Shown piece after piece: positions 19,220 to 34,089 of a stretch of DNA of 64,000 bases; position 1 is the stretch's first letter; each line of letters opens with the position of its first letter. Location of the stretch: assembly GCA_041178865.1 (NCBI GenBank), contig JBEGUL010000027.1, forward strand, positions 12,152 through 76,151, given 5' to 3'. The DNA is from Actinomycetota bacterium (GTDB lineage: Bacteria > Actinomycetota > Actinomycetes > Actinomycetales > Microbacteriaceae). The notes beneath the pieces are model-generated. The model searched no databases and was not told where the DNA came from. It worked only from the letters and a program-made list of their open reading frames with translations. The translations under genes were made by a program, and so were the position numbers.

Positions 19220-21216
19220 GAGTTCACCTTGCTCACGTGCAGGATGTGCACAGGCTCAGTGAAGGGATCCAGTCGGACGTAGTTGTCAGCACTCCAGACC
19301 CATTCCACGCCGGTGACCAAGTTGGTCACGGTGATGGAATCTCCGTGTTGCGCACCCAAGGTCGTGAGGTCTAAGTGAATCGTGGTCTCGCGGACGGAAT
19401 GTGGGTCAGTGTTGACGACCACGATGAGGGTGTCGTTCTTTCCCGTGCCGGTGAACTGCGCATCAAGGTGCTTACTGTAAGCGAGGATGGCATCGTCATC
19501 AGTGCGCTGAATAGTGATGTTACGCAGCTGACGCAGTGCAGAGTGCTCTGCACGAATCTTGTTCAGCTGGGTCAAGAAGGGAGCTAGAGAAGTCCCTTCC
19601 TTCTCGATAGCAGCCCAGTCGCGCATCTTGTATTCGAACTTCTCGTTATCGATGTATTCCTCAGCACCGGGGCGGGCAACAGATTCGTAGAGTTCAAAAC
19701 CGGTGTACACGCCCCACAGAGGTGCGGCGGTGGCGGCCAGCGTTGCACGAATTGTGAACGCGGCAGGGCCACCGAACTGCAGGTATTCGGTCAAGATATC
19801 CGGGGTGTTCACGAACAGGTTAGGCCGCATAAAGTCTGCAGTTTCGCCTGAGATACTGCGGAAGAACTCTTCAAGTTCCCACTTGGTGTTACGCCAGGTG
19901 AAATAGGAATACGACTGCTGGAATCCGACTTTGGCTAGTGCTTGCATCATCGCTGGTCGGGTGAATGCCTCAGCGAGGAACACCACATCTGGGTGCTTCT
20001 CGTTCACGGTCTTGATCAGCCATTCCCAGAAGTCAACTGGCTTGGTGTGGGGATTGTCCACGCGGAAGATGTTGATGCCCTTGGAGATCCAGAACAACAC
20101 AACGCGTAATACTTCGGCACGAATGCCGTCTGGGTTGTTGTCGAAGTTGACTGGATAGATGTCCTGATACTTCTTCGGAGGGTTTTCCGCATAGGCAATC
20201 GTGCCATCGGGCAGCGTGGTGAAAAACTCTGGATTTGTCTTCACCCAGGGGTGGTCAGGAGCAGCCTGGAGTGCGAGGTCTAGTGCAACCTCGATGCCGT
20301 TCTTCTTGGCTTCCTTGAGGAAATACGCGAAATCTGTGAAATCACCTAAGTCGGGGTGGATGGCATCGTGACCGCCCTCAGCCGAGCCAATAGCCCAAGG
20401 GGAACCGGGGTCTCCGGGCTTGGTCACCAGTGTGTTGTTGGGGCCCTTGCGATTGAGTGTGCCAATCGGGTGAATGGGTGGCATGTAGAGAACGTTGAAG
20501 CCCATCTTGGCAACGGCAGGTAGGCGCTTCGCTGCGGTGCGGAAGGTGCCCGAAGTCCAGCTACCATCGGCATTCTGCTTCGCTCCTTCAGAGCGAGGGA
20601 AGAATTCATACCAGCTAGCGCAGCCGGCGACAGTGCGCTCGACAAGGAGCTTGTGTTCAGCTGAGTAGGTCTCTAGCGAAGCGATAGGAGCGTTAAGAAG
20701 AAGCTTGTTAACTGCTTCGCCTTCGGCGTGAGAAAAGCGAATAAGCGGATCTACAGTGGTGTCTGCAAGGGCGTCAGCGAGAGCTGCCAACTTCTTGCGC
20801 GAAGCAGCGGTGCGTGAAGCTTCCTTGGAGGCGCGAGCAAACAGCTGTGAACCAATGGTGAGCATGAGTTCCACATCGATACCCAGTGGAATCTTGACCT
20901 CGGCATTGTGATGCCAGGTGGCATAGTCATCCGAATATGCCTCAATAGTGAACGTCCACATACCTGCTTTATCGGGCTGTGCGTGGGTAACCCAACGGTC
21001 AGTGCCCGGTGCGGATACATGCATCTCGATGCGACTGGATTTACCATCAGGCGCACGCAGATGCAACGCAACGCCAATAACGTCATGACCCTCACGGAAG
21101 GCACTTGCACCAAAGGGCACAACTTCGCCCACATACGCCTTGGGAGTGAGCTCAGGCACGCCCAAATCAGGCGTCACATTGAGAATGGGCAAGCGTCCGA
21201 TGGAGGAGGGTTCCAT
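19216..21216 (-). CDS. glgE: Alpha-1,4-glucan:maltose-1-phosphate maltosyltransferase
   Basis: WYEFFPRS, PPIHPIG, YAENPPKKYQDIYP, FRVDNPHTKP, FLAEAFTRP. Confidence 0.98.
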   Translation of the reverse strand: MEPSSIGRLPILNVTPDLGVPELTPKAYVGEVVPFGASAFREGHDVIGVALHLRAPDGKSSRIEMHVSAPGTDRWVTHAQPDKAGMWTFTIEAYSDDYATWHHNAEVKIPLGIDVELMLTIGSQLFARASKEASRTAASRKKLAALADALADTTVDPLIRFSHAEGEAVNKLLLNAPIASLETYSAEHKLLVERTVAGCASWYEFFPRSEGAKQNADGSWTSGTFRTAAKRLPAVAKMGFNVLYMPPIHPIGTLNRKGPNNTLVTKPGDPGSPWAIGSAEGGHDAIHPDLGDFTDFAYFLKEAKKNGIEVALDLALQAAPDHPWVKTNPEFFTTLPDGTIAYAENPPKKYQDIYPVNFDNNPDGIRAEVLRVVLFWISKGINIFRVDNPHTKPVDFWEWLIKTVNEKHPDVVFLAEAFTRPAMMQALAKVGFQQSYSYFTWRNTKWELEEFFRSISGETADFMRPNLFVNTPDILTEYLQFGGPAAFTIRATLAATAAPLWGVYTGFELYESVARPGAEEYIDNEKFEYKMRDWAAIEKEGTSLAPFLTQLNKIRAEHSALRQLRNITIQRTDDDAILAYSKHLDAQFTGTGKNDTLIVVVNTDPHSVRETTIHLDLTTLGAQHGDSITVTNLVTGVEWVWSADNYVRLDPFTEPVHILHVSKVNS

Positions 21217-21256
21217 AAACGAAAACTAGCGCATATTTATGTCGCCGAGGTAACGG

Positions 21257-23302
21257 CTAATTGGCTGCGTTAAACAACAAAATAGATGTTCCGGTGAGCT
21301 TGAAGGTCTCACCTGGGCGCAGCACACCGGGAACCTCACGAGGAGTGTGGTGGGGGCTGAACCACAATGGCTCATAGAACTGCACGCCATCATGCTTGGG
21401 AACGACCACAGAGGTGGGCTGTTCTGTGCCGTGAATAATCATCAAAATCCGGTTAAACGGCTCGTTTTCTGGAGTGCTCGCCGCGACATATTGCAGGGTG
21501 CGGTTGTGAGGATCTTCCCAATCCTCGTTTTCCATCGTCTCGCCCTGGGTGTTGTACCAGTCAACCTGGCTGGCACTCGGGATGCGCTCGCCGAAGACAC
21601 CAAACTTGGTGGGACGCAAAGCAGGGTGTTCCCGGCGCACTTTGGCAAGGTGCTTGGTTGTGGCCAGCATGTCCTGCTGCCATTCCTGTAATTCCCAATT
21701 GACCCAGGTGAGGGGAGAGTCGTGGCAGTAGGCGTTGTTATTGCCGTGCTGGGTGCGACCAAATTCATCACCTGCGGTGATCATGGGAATACCAGCCGAG
21801 AGCATGAGCGTGCCCATCAGGTTTCGCATGGTGCGACGGCGAGCAGCAATGATGTCAGGGTTGTCGGTGGGGCCTTCAACACCATGATTGAACGAACGGT
21901 TATCGTTCGCGCCATCACGGTTGTCTTCGCCGTTTCCGATGTTGTGCTTGTAATTGAACATCGTGAGGTCATTGAGCGTGAAGCCATCGTGTGCAGTGAT
22001 GAAGTTCACCGAAGCAACAGGGCCCCGCTCGGCGGTGAAGGTATTACTAGAACCCGCCAGGCGAGTGGCAAAGCCACCGACACCGGTCGGGGCAATCCCC
22101 GTCTCACGAGCCTGCGCGATATCGGGAAGCCAGAAGTTACGAATACGGTCGCGGTAGCGATCGTTCCATTCGTGCCAGCCATCTGCAAAGTTGCCGGTTT
22201 GCCAGCCGCCCATGCGCACGTCCCAGGGTTCAGCGATGAGCTTGGTTGTGGAAAGGATAGGGTCAGTGCGGATTGCCTCGAGTAGTGGGTGATCTTTGAC
22301 GTATTCGGCCTGTTCATCGCGGCCTAGAGTCACTGCTAGGTCAAAGCGGAAGCCATCGACCTTGGTCTCTTCAGCCCAGTAGCGCAATGAGTCAAGGATC
22401 AGCTGTTGAACAACAGGCTCTGATGCGTTGAGTGAGTTTCCACACCCCGTGGTGTCGATGTAGTTGCCCTCTTCGTCCTGGCGGTAGTACGAAGCATTGT
22501 CCAGGCCTCGGAAGCTCAGGCGCGGTCCGTCCTTACCTTCTTCTGCGGTGTGGTTATAAACCACATCAAGAATCACTTCAAGGCCAGCATCGTGCAGGTC
22601 CTTAACCATCTGCTTGAATTCACGCAGAACAGCGGAAGGGCCTTCTTCGCGAGCAGCCAACGTGGCATAGGTCGCGTGTGGGGTGAAGAAATTGAGGGTG
22701 TTGTAACCCCAGTAGTTTGTGGTGCCCTGCTTGAGCAGGTGCTCTTCTGAAACGAAGGCGTGAACGGGAAGCAGCTCGACTGCTGTCACACCCAAATCCG
22801 TGAGGTAGCTAGTCATGGCGGGGTGAGCCAGGCCGGCATAGGTTCCGCGCAGTTCCAAAGGAATTTCAGGATGCATCTTGGTAAGACCGCGCACATGAGC
22901 TTCATAGATTACGGACTGATCCAGCGGAATCTGTGGCTTAGTCGAGGTTCCCCAGTCAAAGCTGGTATCCACCACGACATTGCGCCACAGGTTCCCTACT
23001 CGGCTGAGCCCCTTGGTGTAAGGGTCAACAAGAAGTTCTTCGGCTGAAAACGAATCGTGAGGACCGGCAGGACCCCATGCTTGGAGAGAGTATTCAGTAC
23101 CTGGGATGAGCAGAGTGCTGGAGCCACTCCAGACGCCGCTGCTGTCCTTTTGCAGAGAACGGCGTTCAGCAATGTGGTTTCCACCGGGAGCGTCATAGAT
23201 CACCACATCAATACCCTCAGCGGTATCGCTAAAGACCTTGATCTCGCCACCGCTCGGGGTGAGGCGCACGCCAAGGTCTTTCAGTGATGGAGGGATAGAC
23301 AC
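21257..23302 (-). CDS. glgX: Glycogen debranching enzyme
   Basis: IYEAHVRG, NYWGYNT, DVVYNHTAE, DGFRFDLA, IAEPWD, NFITAHDGFTL. Confidence 0.97.
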   Translation of the reverse strand: MSIPPSLKDLGVRLTPSGGEIKVFSDTAEGIDVVIYDAPGGNHIAERRSLQKDSSGVWSGSSTLLIPGTEYSLQAWGPAGPHDSFSAEELLVDPYTKGLSRVGNLWRNVVVDTSFDWGTSTKPQIPLDQSVIYEAHVRGLTKMHPEIPLELRGTYAGLAHPAMTSYLTDLGVTAVELLPVHAFVSEEHLLKQGTTNYWGYNTLNFFTPHATYATLAAREEGPSAVLREFKQMVKDLHDAGLEVILDVVYNHTAEEGKDGPRLSFRGLDNASYYRQDEEGNYIDTTGCGNSLNASEPVVQQLILDSLRYWAEETKVDGFRFDLAVTLGRDEQAEYVKDHPLLEAIRTDPILSTTKLIAEPWDVRMGGWQTGNFADGWHEWNDRYRDRIRNFWLPDIAQARETGIAPTGVGGFATRLAGSSNTFTAERGPVASVNFITAHDGFTLNDLTMFNYKHNIGNGEDNRDGANDNRSFNHGVEGPTDNPDIIAARRRTMRNLMGTLMLSAGIPMITAGDEFGRTQHGNNNAYCHDSPLTWVNWELQEWQQDMLATTKHLAKVRREHPALRPTKFGVFGERIPSASQVDWYNTQGETMENEDWEDPHNRTLQYVAASTPENEPFNRILMIIHGTEQPTSVVVPKHDGVQFYEPLWFSPHHTPREVPGVLRPGETFKLTGTSILLFNAAN

Positions 23303-23393
23303 TCGAAATAGACTAGCCAGATAGATTGCCTTCGTGTTTCGCTCACGTTGGTGAGCCGTTAAACCGTAATTCAGTCACGAAAGGGGAGAACAC

Positions 23394-24593
23394 ATGGTCG
23401 CGTACCTTGACCACGCTGCGTCAACTCCCGTTCGCCCTGAAGCAACGAAGGCCTTCACCGATGCTTTGACTCACTCAGGGAACCCATCCTCTGTTCATCG
23501 ACACGGCCAAGCAGCTCGTGCCCTGGTGGAGGATGCCCGTGAATACCTTGCCACTGTGCTGGGATGCGAACCGATCGAAGTGATCTTCACCTCAGGCGGC
23601 ACAGAATCCATCAACCTGGCACTTGTGGGCCTCTTTCGCGCCTCAGTGGAGAAAGACGCCAAGCGCAACCGCATTGTGGTTCCCGAAGCAGAACACCATG
23701 CCACCTTGGACACTGTGCTCTGGTTACAAGAACACGAAGGTGCCGTGCTGGAGTGGATTCCAGTAGATCATCTGGGCCGGATTGATCTTGTGGAGTACCA
23801 AGACACTCTGGAACGTGCCGGAAAAGCAGTAGCACTGACCACCATGCTCTGGGCAAACAATGAGGTCGGCACTATCCAGCCCATCGCTGAGGTTGCCGCG
23901 CTCGCCGCGAAACACAACGTTCCCTTACACATCGATGCTGTTTCAGCTTTTGGTCACATCCCCATCAACTTTGCGCAACTCAGAACCGAATCCGGAGCCC
24001 AGGGAAATGCGGGGCTGGTTGCCCTGAGCATTTCCGGGCACAAATTCGGTTCTGTTCCGGGAGTGGGGGCCCTTGTGGTCTCCCGAGAAGCGCAGCTCGA
24101 GCCACTGATCCATGGCGGTGGCCAGCAACGTGGTCTGCGCAGTGGAACTCTGGATGCCCCTGCCATCTCTTCGATGGCTATTGCTGCCCTCGTAACCGAC
24201 AAGGCGTTTGCGGGAGAAACTCAGCGATTGAGCTCACTGCGAGATGCCACGATCACGAAGATTCAAGAACTTGTCCCGGAGGCAGTCCTCAGTGGTGATC
24301 CGCAAAATCGCCTGGATAACAACGTGAACTTCACCTTCCCTGGTTGTCAGAGTGATTCGTTGCTCTTCTTACTGGACGCCATGGGAGTATCGGTTTCCAC
24401 AGGCTCTGCGTGCCAGGCCGGAGTAGCCCAGCCCTCCCATGTTCTTCTCGCCATGGGACAAGACGAACGCGGAGCATCATCTGCTCTGCGTATTTCCTTA
24501 GGGCACACCACTACCCAGGAAGAACTCGATGAGTTCTTTGCTGCACTGCCGGAAGCAGTGGAACGTGCCCGCCGTGCGGGCACGACTGTCTAG
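23394..24593 (+). CDS. Cysteine desulfurase (NifS/IscS family)
   Basis: [23 protein letters not shown] (PLP lysine), STGSAC; upstream of mnmA. Confidence 0.95.
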   Translation: MVAYLDHAASTPVRPEATKAFTDALTHSGNPSSVHRHGQAARALVEDAREYLATVLGCEPIEVIFTSGGTESINLALVGLFRASVEKDAKRNRIVVPEAEHHATLDTVLWLQEHEGAVLEWIPVDHLGRIDLVEYQDTLERAGKAVALTTMLWANNEVGTIQPIAEVAALAAKHNVPLHIDAVSAFGHIPINFAQLRTESGAQGNAGLVALSISGHKFGSVPGVGALVVSREAQLEPLIHGGGQQRGLRSGTLDAPAISSMAIAALVTDKAFAGETQRLSSLRDATITKIQELVPEAVLSGDPQNRLDNNVNFTFPGCQSDSLLFLLDAMGVSVSTGSACQAGVAQPSHVLLAMGQDERGASSALRISLGHTTTQEELDEFFAALPEAVERARRAGTTV

Positions 24594-24613
24594 TAGCGGG
24601 CTTAAACTTGACT

Positions 24614-28020
<3,407 letters not shown>

Positions 28021-28062
28021 GTTCAAGTTAGCCTGAAACCAATTCACAAAAGGGGGATAAAA

Positions 28063-29298
28063 ATGAGCTCAAGTGGCTTTGCGGTAATTGATTTTGAGAC
28101 GACAGGGTTCAGCCCGAATAAGGGAGACAAGGTCGTTGAAATTGGCTTAGTTCTTCTTGATCAGCATGGTGAACCTGAATCTACATTTTCGACACTCATC
28201 AATCCTGGACGTGATGTTGGTGCGACAAGAATTCATGGAATTACGGCAACCGATGTGATGAACGCCCCCTCTTTTGCGGAGGTTGCTCCAGGTCTCATTC
28301 ATCTTTTGAATGGTCGAGTAATTGTTGCCCACAATGCAAGTTTTGACACGAATTTTCTTATTGCTGAGTTCAGCGCCTCAGGAATTCATTTAGACAAGAA
28401 TTCATTGCCAGTCATTTGCACAATGAGGTTGGCAACGGAGATGCTTCCTGGGGTTGGAAGATCTCTCTCTGCATGTTGTGAGGCATACGACATCACCATT
28501 GATAACGCCCACTGTGCTTTGGACGATGCAATTGCTACAGCAAAATTGCTTCGGTCATATTTTGATCAAGAGCCAAATTTCTCTCTTTGGGATGAAGTAA
28601 TCGAGCAGTCGTCAACATACCAATGGCCCTCAACATCTGCGCATAATTCTCCGACAAAACAGAGAGGTAATGTTCTCCAAAATGAAGAGCCGGTTCTCGC
28701 AAAATACATAACAAAGCTTCCCGATGCGGCAGAAAGCCCTCGTGATAGGGGACTGTTGAGGCTTTTTGATGACATTTTCAGTGATGGCTTGATGACCCCG
28801 GAGGAAGCGGGACTGATTGATGCTTATGTCGAGGAAGTCGGTATGGATGAGAAGAAGCTCACAGCATTAAAGGATCAATATTTCTTAGATTTGGTCAATA
28901 TTGCATGGTCTGACGGAGAACTTAATTCCGCAGAGATTGCTGGTATTCACTATGTCGGAAAGTTGATGGGTAAGTCTCTTCCTGAGATTAAGTCAAAGAT
29001 TGAATTTCAAAACGATAAAAAATCCGACGAAGCACCAAACTTCGCGAAGTTTAGAATTCATCTCGAAGAAGGTGACCACATAGTTCTAACAGGCGATATG
29101 CCGCTTCCCCGCAGTCATTATGAACAATTGGCTTCAGATAACGGTCTTATATGTTGGCCTTCCGTAACTAAGAAGGTCAAAGTAGTAATTGCTCAGGATT
29201 CCAATACCTTGTCGGGAAAGGCCAAACGTGCTCGACTTATCGGAATTCCAGTAGTCGGCTTGGAAGATTTTTTGATTGCTATCGAGGAATCGAAGTAA
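28063..29298 (+). CDS. DEDDh 3'-5' exonuclease with TerB-like middle region and C-terminal BRCT domain
   Basis: IDFETTG, IHGIT, AHNASFD, HCALDDA; two xxxDGx.xxxE helical repeats; IVLTG...SVTKK...SGKAKRAR..GIPVV. Confidence 0.85.
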   Translation: MSSSGFAVIDFETTGFSPNKGDKVVEIGLVLLDQHGEPESTFSTLINPGRDVGATRIHGITATDVMNAPSFAEVAPGLIHLLNGRVIVAHNASFDTNFLIAEFSASGIHLDKNSLPVICTMRLATEMLPGVGRSLSACCEAYDITIDNAHCALDDAIATAKLLRSYFDQEPNFSLWDEVIEQSSTYQWPSTSAHNSPTKQRGNVLQNEEPVLAKYITKLPDAAESPRDRGLLRLFDDIFSDGLMTPEEAGLIDAYVEEVGMDEKKLTALKDQYFLDLVNIAWSDGELNSAEIAGIHYVGKLMGKSLPEIKSKIEFQNDKKSDEAPNFAKFRIHLEEGDHIVLTGDMPLPRSHYEQLASDNGLICWPSVTKKVKVVIAQDSNTLSGKAKRARLIGIPVVGLEDFLIAIEESK

Positions 29299-29378
29299 TT
29301 TCAATTCTTGATCTGCAACAGATTTACTTCTAGCGCAGGGTAAATTGCCCTTTACCGTCACCGGTAAACTTGGGTCTT

Positions 29379-29678
29379 ATGTCTGACATTTCTGCCGAGC
29401 AGGTGCGCCACCTGGCGAACTTGGCTCGTATTGACCTTTCCGACGCGGAAATCGCGACGATGACCACTGAGTTGGGCCAGATCATGGAAGCTGTCGCTTC
29501 CGTGCAGGCCGTTGCCACACCTGACGTGCCGGCAACCAGCCACCCCATCCCTCTCAAGAATGTCTATCGTCCCGACGTTGTCGCAGATGTGATTCCTACC
29601 GACAAGGCACTGGCATCTGCGCCCGAGCACGATGGTTCGCGCTTCAAGGTGTCCGCCATTTTGGGTGAGGAGCAGTAA
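29379..29678 (+). CDS. gatC: Asp/Glu-tRNA amidotransferase subunit C
   Basis: [24 protein letters not shown]; precedes gatA. Confidence 0.97.
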   Translation: MSDISAEQVRHLANLARIDLSDAEIATMTTELGQIMEAVASVQAVATPDVPATSHPIPLKNVYRPDVVADVIPTDKALASAPEHDGSRFKVSAILGEEQ

Positions 29679-29680
29679 TC

Positions 29681-31189
29681 ATGTCTGACCTCATTCACAA
29701 GACTGCTGCCCAGCTCGCTGAGATGCTTGCTGCCGGAACCACTTCTTCTGTCGAGATCACCCAAGCACACTTGGACCGCATCGCTGCTGTCGATGGTGAC
29801 CTCAACGCATTCCTGCACGTGAACGCTGCTGTGTCCCTTGAGGCTGCCAAAGCATCAGATGCACGCCGTGCTGCGGGTGCTCCGCTGAGCCCACTCGATG
29901 GTGTTCCCATTGCGATCAAGGATGTTCTGGTCACTACTGACATGCCTTCTACCTCTGGGTCCAAGATCCTCGAGGGCTGGATGTCTCCCTATGACGCCAC
30001 CGTCGTGACCAAAGTCCGCGAAGCTGGGCTTGTTCCTCTCGGAAAGACCAACATGGACGAATTCGCCATGGGGTCCTCCACCGAACACTCTGCCTACGGA
30101 CCAACCCGCAACCCTTGGGACCTCGACCGTATTCCTGGTGGTTCTGGTGGTGGCTCGGCTGCGGCTGTTGCTGCTTTTGAAGCCCCATTAGCTCTGGGTT
30201 CAGACACTGGCGGATCTATCCGTCAGCCAGCGCACATCACCGGCACCGTGGGCGTGAAGCCCACCTACGGTGGTGTTTCTCGCTATGGCGCGATTGCCCT
30301 TGCTTCCAGCTTTGACCAGATTGGTCCTGTCACCAGGACAGTCATGGACTCAGCTCTTCTCCATGACGTCATCAAGGGTCATGATGTGCACGACAGCACC
30401 TCACTCAAGGATGAATGGCCTTCGTTTGCAGAAGCAGCGAAGAACGCCAACGTCAAGGGACTGAAGATTGGTGTGATTGAGCAGCTCGATGGCGAAGGCT
30501 TCCAGCCTGGCGTTCTTGCGCGCTTCCACGAATCGCTTGAACTCCTCAAAGCCAACGGTGCTGAGATTGTGAACGTTTCGCTGCCGAGCCTCGAGCACGC
30601 TGTTGCGGCCTACTACTTAATCCTTCCTGCAGAAGCGTCCAGCAACCTGGCTAAGTTTGACTCGGTTCGATTTGGTCTGCGTGTGCAGCCAGAAGGCGGC
30701 GGAACGGTTGAACAGGTCATGTCTGCTACCCGCGAAGCGGGTTTCGGAGCTGAAGTCAAGCGCCGCATCATCTTGGGTACCTACGCTCTCTCTGCTGGTT
30801 ACTACGACGCCTATTACGGTTCTGCTCAGAAGGTCCGCACCCTCGTGCAGCGCGACTTTGCAGACGCCTTTAGCAAGGTTGATGTCTTGGCTTCACCCAC
30901 TGCTCCCACGACTGCGTGGAAGCTGGGTGAACAGCTTGATGACCCCGTAGCGATGTGGCGCGGAGATATCGCGACCATTCCTGCCAACATGGCGGGTATT
31001 CCGGGAATCAGCGTTCCTGCTGGTCTCGCAGACGAGGACGGATTGCCTGTCGGCATCCAGTTCCTCGCGCCTGCTCGCGAAGATGCTCGTCTCTACAACG
31101 TCGGAGCCGCACTCGAAGCATTGCTAGAGCAGAAGTGGGGTCACCCCCTGCTGAGCCAAGCACCAGAACTCAAGGGAGGGGCGAACTAA
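29681..31189 (+). CDS. gatA: Asp/Glu-tRNA amidotransferase subunit A
   Basis: [47 protein letters not shown]. Confidence 0.98.
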   Translation: MSDLIHKTAAQLAEMLAAGTTSSVEITQAHLDRIAAVDGDLNAFLHVNAAVSLEAAKASDARRAAGAPLSPLDGVPIAIKDVLVTTDMPSTSGSKILEGWMSPYDATVVTKVREAGLVPLGKTNMDEFAMGSSTEHSAYGPTRNPWDLDRIPGGSGGGSAAAVAAFEAPLALGSDTGGSIRQPAHITGTVGVKPTYGGVSRYGAIALASSFDQIGPVTRTVMDSALLHDVIKGHDVHDSTSLKDEWPSFAEAAKNANVKGLKIGVIEQLDGEGFQPGVLARFHESLELLKANGAEIVNVSLPSLEHAVAAYYLILPAEASSNLAKFDSVRFGLRVQPEGGGTVEQVMSATREAGFGAEVKRRIILGTYALSAGYYDAYYGSAQKVRTLVQRDFADAFSKVDVLASPTAPTTAWKLGEQLDDPVAMWRGDIATIPANMAGIPGISVPAGLADEDGLPVGIQFLAPAREDARLYNVGAALEALLEQKWGHPLLSQAPELKGGAN

Positions 31190-32691
31190 TGGCTAAAGCA
31201 AAGCTCATGGATTACGACAAGGCTCTTGAACTCTTCGAGCCCGTCCTTGGTTTCGAGGTTCACGTTGAACTCTCCACCAAGACCAAGATGTTCTCGGCAG
31301 CTCCCAACAACTTTGGTAGCGAGCCCAACACCAACATCACTCCCACTTGCTTGGGTTTGCCTGGTTCATTGCCTGTGGTGAACGAAGAAGCTGTGCGTTA
31401 CTCCATCAGCCTGGGCCTTGCCCTCGGCTGTGACATCGCAGAGTCGTCCTCTTTTGCTCGTAAGAACTACTTCTACCCTGACCTGGCGAAGAACTACCAG
31501 ATCTCACAGTTTGATGAGCCCATTGCAATTAATGGAAACGTCGAAGTTGAACTGCCTAACGGCCGCGTCTTCCAGATTGACATTGAACGCGCTCACATGG
31601 AAGAAGACGCCGGAAAGCTCACCCACGTGGGTGGTTCCACCGGCCGTATTCAAGGCGCTGAGTACTCGCTCGTGGACTACAACCGTGCCGGTGTTCCTCT
31701 GGTTGAGATTGTGACCCGCATGATTGAGGGCGCCGAACACGACGCCCCTGAACTTGCTAAGGCATATGTCGCCACCATCCGTGACATTGTTCTGGCTCTC
31801 GGTATCTCCGACGCCAAAATGGAGCGAGGAAACCTCCGCTGTGACGCGAACGTGTCGCTGCGTCCCCGCGGTTCTGACAAGCTCGGCACCCGCACCGAAA
31901 CCAAGAACGTGAATTCTTTGCGTTCGGTCGAGCGTGCTGTGCGCTACGAAATTCAGCGCCAAGCACAGATTCTCTCTGATGGTGGAACCATCATCCAGGA
32001 GACCCGCCACTGGCACGAGGACACTGGAGCTACCAGTGCAGGCCGACCCAAGTCGGATGCTGACGACTACCGCTACTTCCCCGAGCCTGACTTGCTTCCT
32101 GTGGTGCCAGACCCTGCACTGATTGAAGAACTGCGAGCTGCTCTTCCAGAGAAGCCTGCTGAGCGTCGCAAGCGTCTCAAGGCTGAATGGGGTTTCGCCG
32201 ACCTGGAATTCCAGGATGTGGTGAACTCTGGTCTTCTCAACGAAATCACTGAAACAGTTGCCGCAGGTGCTTCGCCTCAGGCAGCTCGTAAGTGGTGGAC
32301 GGGTGAGATTGCTCGTTTGGCTAATGCCGCTGAAGGTGATGAGGGAATTGATATCTCTCCTGCCAAGGTTGCAGAGCTTCAGCAACTGGTTGATGAAGGT
32401 GTGCTCACTGACCGTCTGGCACGCCAGGTGCTGGAAGCAGTTGCAGCAGGTGAAGGTTCGCCTCGTGAGATCGTGGAAACCAAGGGTCTTGCTGTGGTCA
32501 GCGATGACGGCGCATTGATTGCCGCTATCGACGAAGCACTTTCCGCTCAGCCGGATGTCCTTGAGAAGATCAAGGACGGCAGGGTTCAGGCTGCTGGTGC
32601 GGTTATTGGTGCAGTCATGAAGGCTATGCAGGGCAAAGCAGACGCGGCACGCGTTCGTGAACTCGTTCTAGAACGAGCTGCTGCGCTCTAA
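31189..32691 (+). CDS. gatB: Asp/Glu-tRNA amidotransferase subunit B
   Basis: [42 protein letters not shown]. Start ATG 31189 overlaps the gatA TAA. Confidence 0.98.
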   Translation: MAKAKLMDYDKALELFEPVLGFEVHVELSTKTKMFSAAPNNFGSEPNTNITPTCLGLPGSLPVVNEEAVRYSISLGLALGCDIAESSSFARKNYFYPDLAKNYQISQFDEPIAINGNVEVELPNGRVFQIDIERAHMEEDAGKLTHVGGSTGRIQGAEYSLVDYNRAGVPLVEIVTRMIEGAEHDAPELAKAYVATIRDIVLALGISDAKMERGNLRCDANVSLRPRGSDKLGTRTETKNVNSLRSVERAVRYEIQRQAQILSDGGTIIQETRHWHEDTGATSAGRPKSDADDYRYFPEPDLLPVVPDPALIEELRAALPEKPAERRKRLKAEWGFADLEFQDVVNSGLLNEITETVAAGASPQAARKWWTGEIARLANAAEGDEGIDISPAKVAELQQLVDEGVLTDRLARQVLEAVAAGEGSPREIVETKGLAVVSDDGALIAAIDEALSAQPDVLEKIKDGRVQAAGAVIGAVMKAMQGKADAARVRELVLERAAAL

Positions 32692-32741
32692 ACTAATGTC
32701 AACGGCGAAAAGTTATCGCCCCCGGTTTTGAAGGAGTTCTC

Positions 32742-32906
32742 ATGCGAATTCTCTTGTTCCTTGTCGTGATGGCACTATCTGTCGGTTCATGCTGGACCAT
32801 GGCACAGGCTTTCACATACCCCGAATACGGCGTTCAGATCTTCGGCGCTGGCATTCTTGGTGCAACCGTTGCGTTCGGTCTCGCCTCAAGGTGGAACCGC
32901 GCCTAA
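32742..32906 (+). CDS. Small 54-aa two-TM membrane protein (not in ORF track)
   Basis: AAGGAG RBS 5 nt before ATG; MRILLFLVVMALSVGSCWTMAQAFTYPEYGVQIFGAGILGATVAFGLASRWNRA. Confidence 0.7.
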   Translation: MRILLFLVVMALSVGSCWTMAQAFTYPEYGVQIFGAGILGATVAFGLASRWNRA

Positions 32907-34089
32907 CATTCTCCATATCGACATGGACGCGTTCTTCGCGTCTGTGGAGGTATTGGATCGGCCCGACGTTGTCGGGAAACCTGCTGTTGTTGCACATGAT
33001 TCCCCGCGCTCTGTGGTCACCAGCGCCACCTATGAAGCCCGTGCTTTAGGGATTCGCTCTGCGATGCCGCTGAGCCAAGCCAAACGCTTGGCTCCACACG
33101 TCATCGTTCTCGAGCCACACTTTGAGAAATACCGTCACTATTCACGCATGGTGATGAAGATATTTCATGACTTCACGCCCTTGGTGGAGCAGCTCTCCAT
33201 CGATGAAGCCTTTCTGGACGTTTCCGGTGCTCTCAAGATCTTTGGTTCTCCAGAAGAAATTGGTGCTCAAATCAAGGTGCGAGTTTTGCAAGAGACAGGA
33301 CTTCCCTGTTCGGTGGGTGTGGCCAGTACAAAGTTTGTGGCCAAGCTCGCCTCCACCAAGTCCAAGCCCAATGGGCTTCTGGTTATTCCTGAAGAGGACA
33401 CCCTCGAATTTCTGCATCCTTTGCCCATTGACGCACTGTGGGGTGTGGGAAAGAAAACTGCAGAGGTGCTGCATAAGCGTGGTCTGCACACTGTGGCAGA
33501 TATCGCCCATTCACCAGAGCAGAGTTTGATCTCTGCATTAGGTCAAGCCGCCGGCGCCCATCTTTTTGCCTTGTCGTGGGCACGAGACCCTCGCCCGGTC
33601 ACGACAGAGCGAGTAGAAAAGAGCATAGGTAAAGAGCACACATTCAATGAGGATGTGACTGACCTCGAAAAACTCAAAGCCACTCTTCTTTTTCAAGCCG
33701 ATCACGTGGGAGCCCAGTTGCGCAAAGCGCAGCTCGAGGCTCGAACGATCGGTCTCAAGGTCACCTTCTCCGACTTTGAATCGATTACTCGAAGCAAAAC
33801 ACTGCCCGAATCCACCAGCGTGGGCAGAGAGATTCACAAGACTGTGTGCGAGCTCTTGGATGACTTACGCATTGGTGGACGTGCTGTGCGATTGATTGGT
33901 GTGCGAGCAGCTGGCTTGGTTGAAGCAGGCGGACAGCAATTGTCCTTGTGGGAAGACGATGTTGACCCCTGGAAAGATGCTGAAATAGTGATTGATCAAG
34001 TTGATCAAAAATTCGGTCCCGCCAGTGTTCGTCCAGCCTCATTACTGCGTAAGATTGAACCCACACGGGAGTCCGGTACACCGGGCTGA
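32860..34089 (+). CDS. dinB: DNA polymerase IV (Y-family)
   Basis: ILHIDMDAFFASVE, SATYEARALG, SIDEAFLD, KFVAKLAS..KPNG, RLIGV, QLSLW clamp-binding-like motif. Exact start uncertain. Confidence 0.95.
   Translation: MQPLRSVSPQGGTAPNILHIDMDAFFASVEVLDRPDVVGKPAVVAHDSPRSVVTSATYEARALGIRSAMPLSQAKRLAPHVIVLEPHFEKYRHYSRMVMKIFHDFTPLVEQLSIDEAFLDVSGALKIFGSPEEIGAQIKVRVLQETGLPCSVGVASTKFVAKLASTKSKPNGLLVIPEEDTLEFLHPLPIDALWGVGKKTAEVLHKRGLHTVADIAHSPEQSLISALGQAAGAHLFALSWARDPRPVTTERVEKSIGKEHTFNEDVTDLEKLKATLLFQADHVGAQLRKAQLEARTIGLKVTFSDFESITRSKTLPESTSVGREIHKTVCELLDDLRIGGRAVRLIGVRAAGLVEAGGQQLSLWEDDVDPWKDAEIVIDQVDQKFGPASVRPASLLRKIEPTRESGTPG

Noticed and set aside
29310-29368. Cluster of short inverted repeats before gatC
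   Set aside because: Stems are only 4-7 bp, with no T-box or riboswitch motifs.
30955-31188. N-terminal extension of GatB in the ORF track
   Set aside because: It overlaps gatA; the real start is ATG 31189 with a GGAGG RBS and TAATG coupling.
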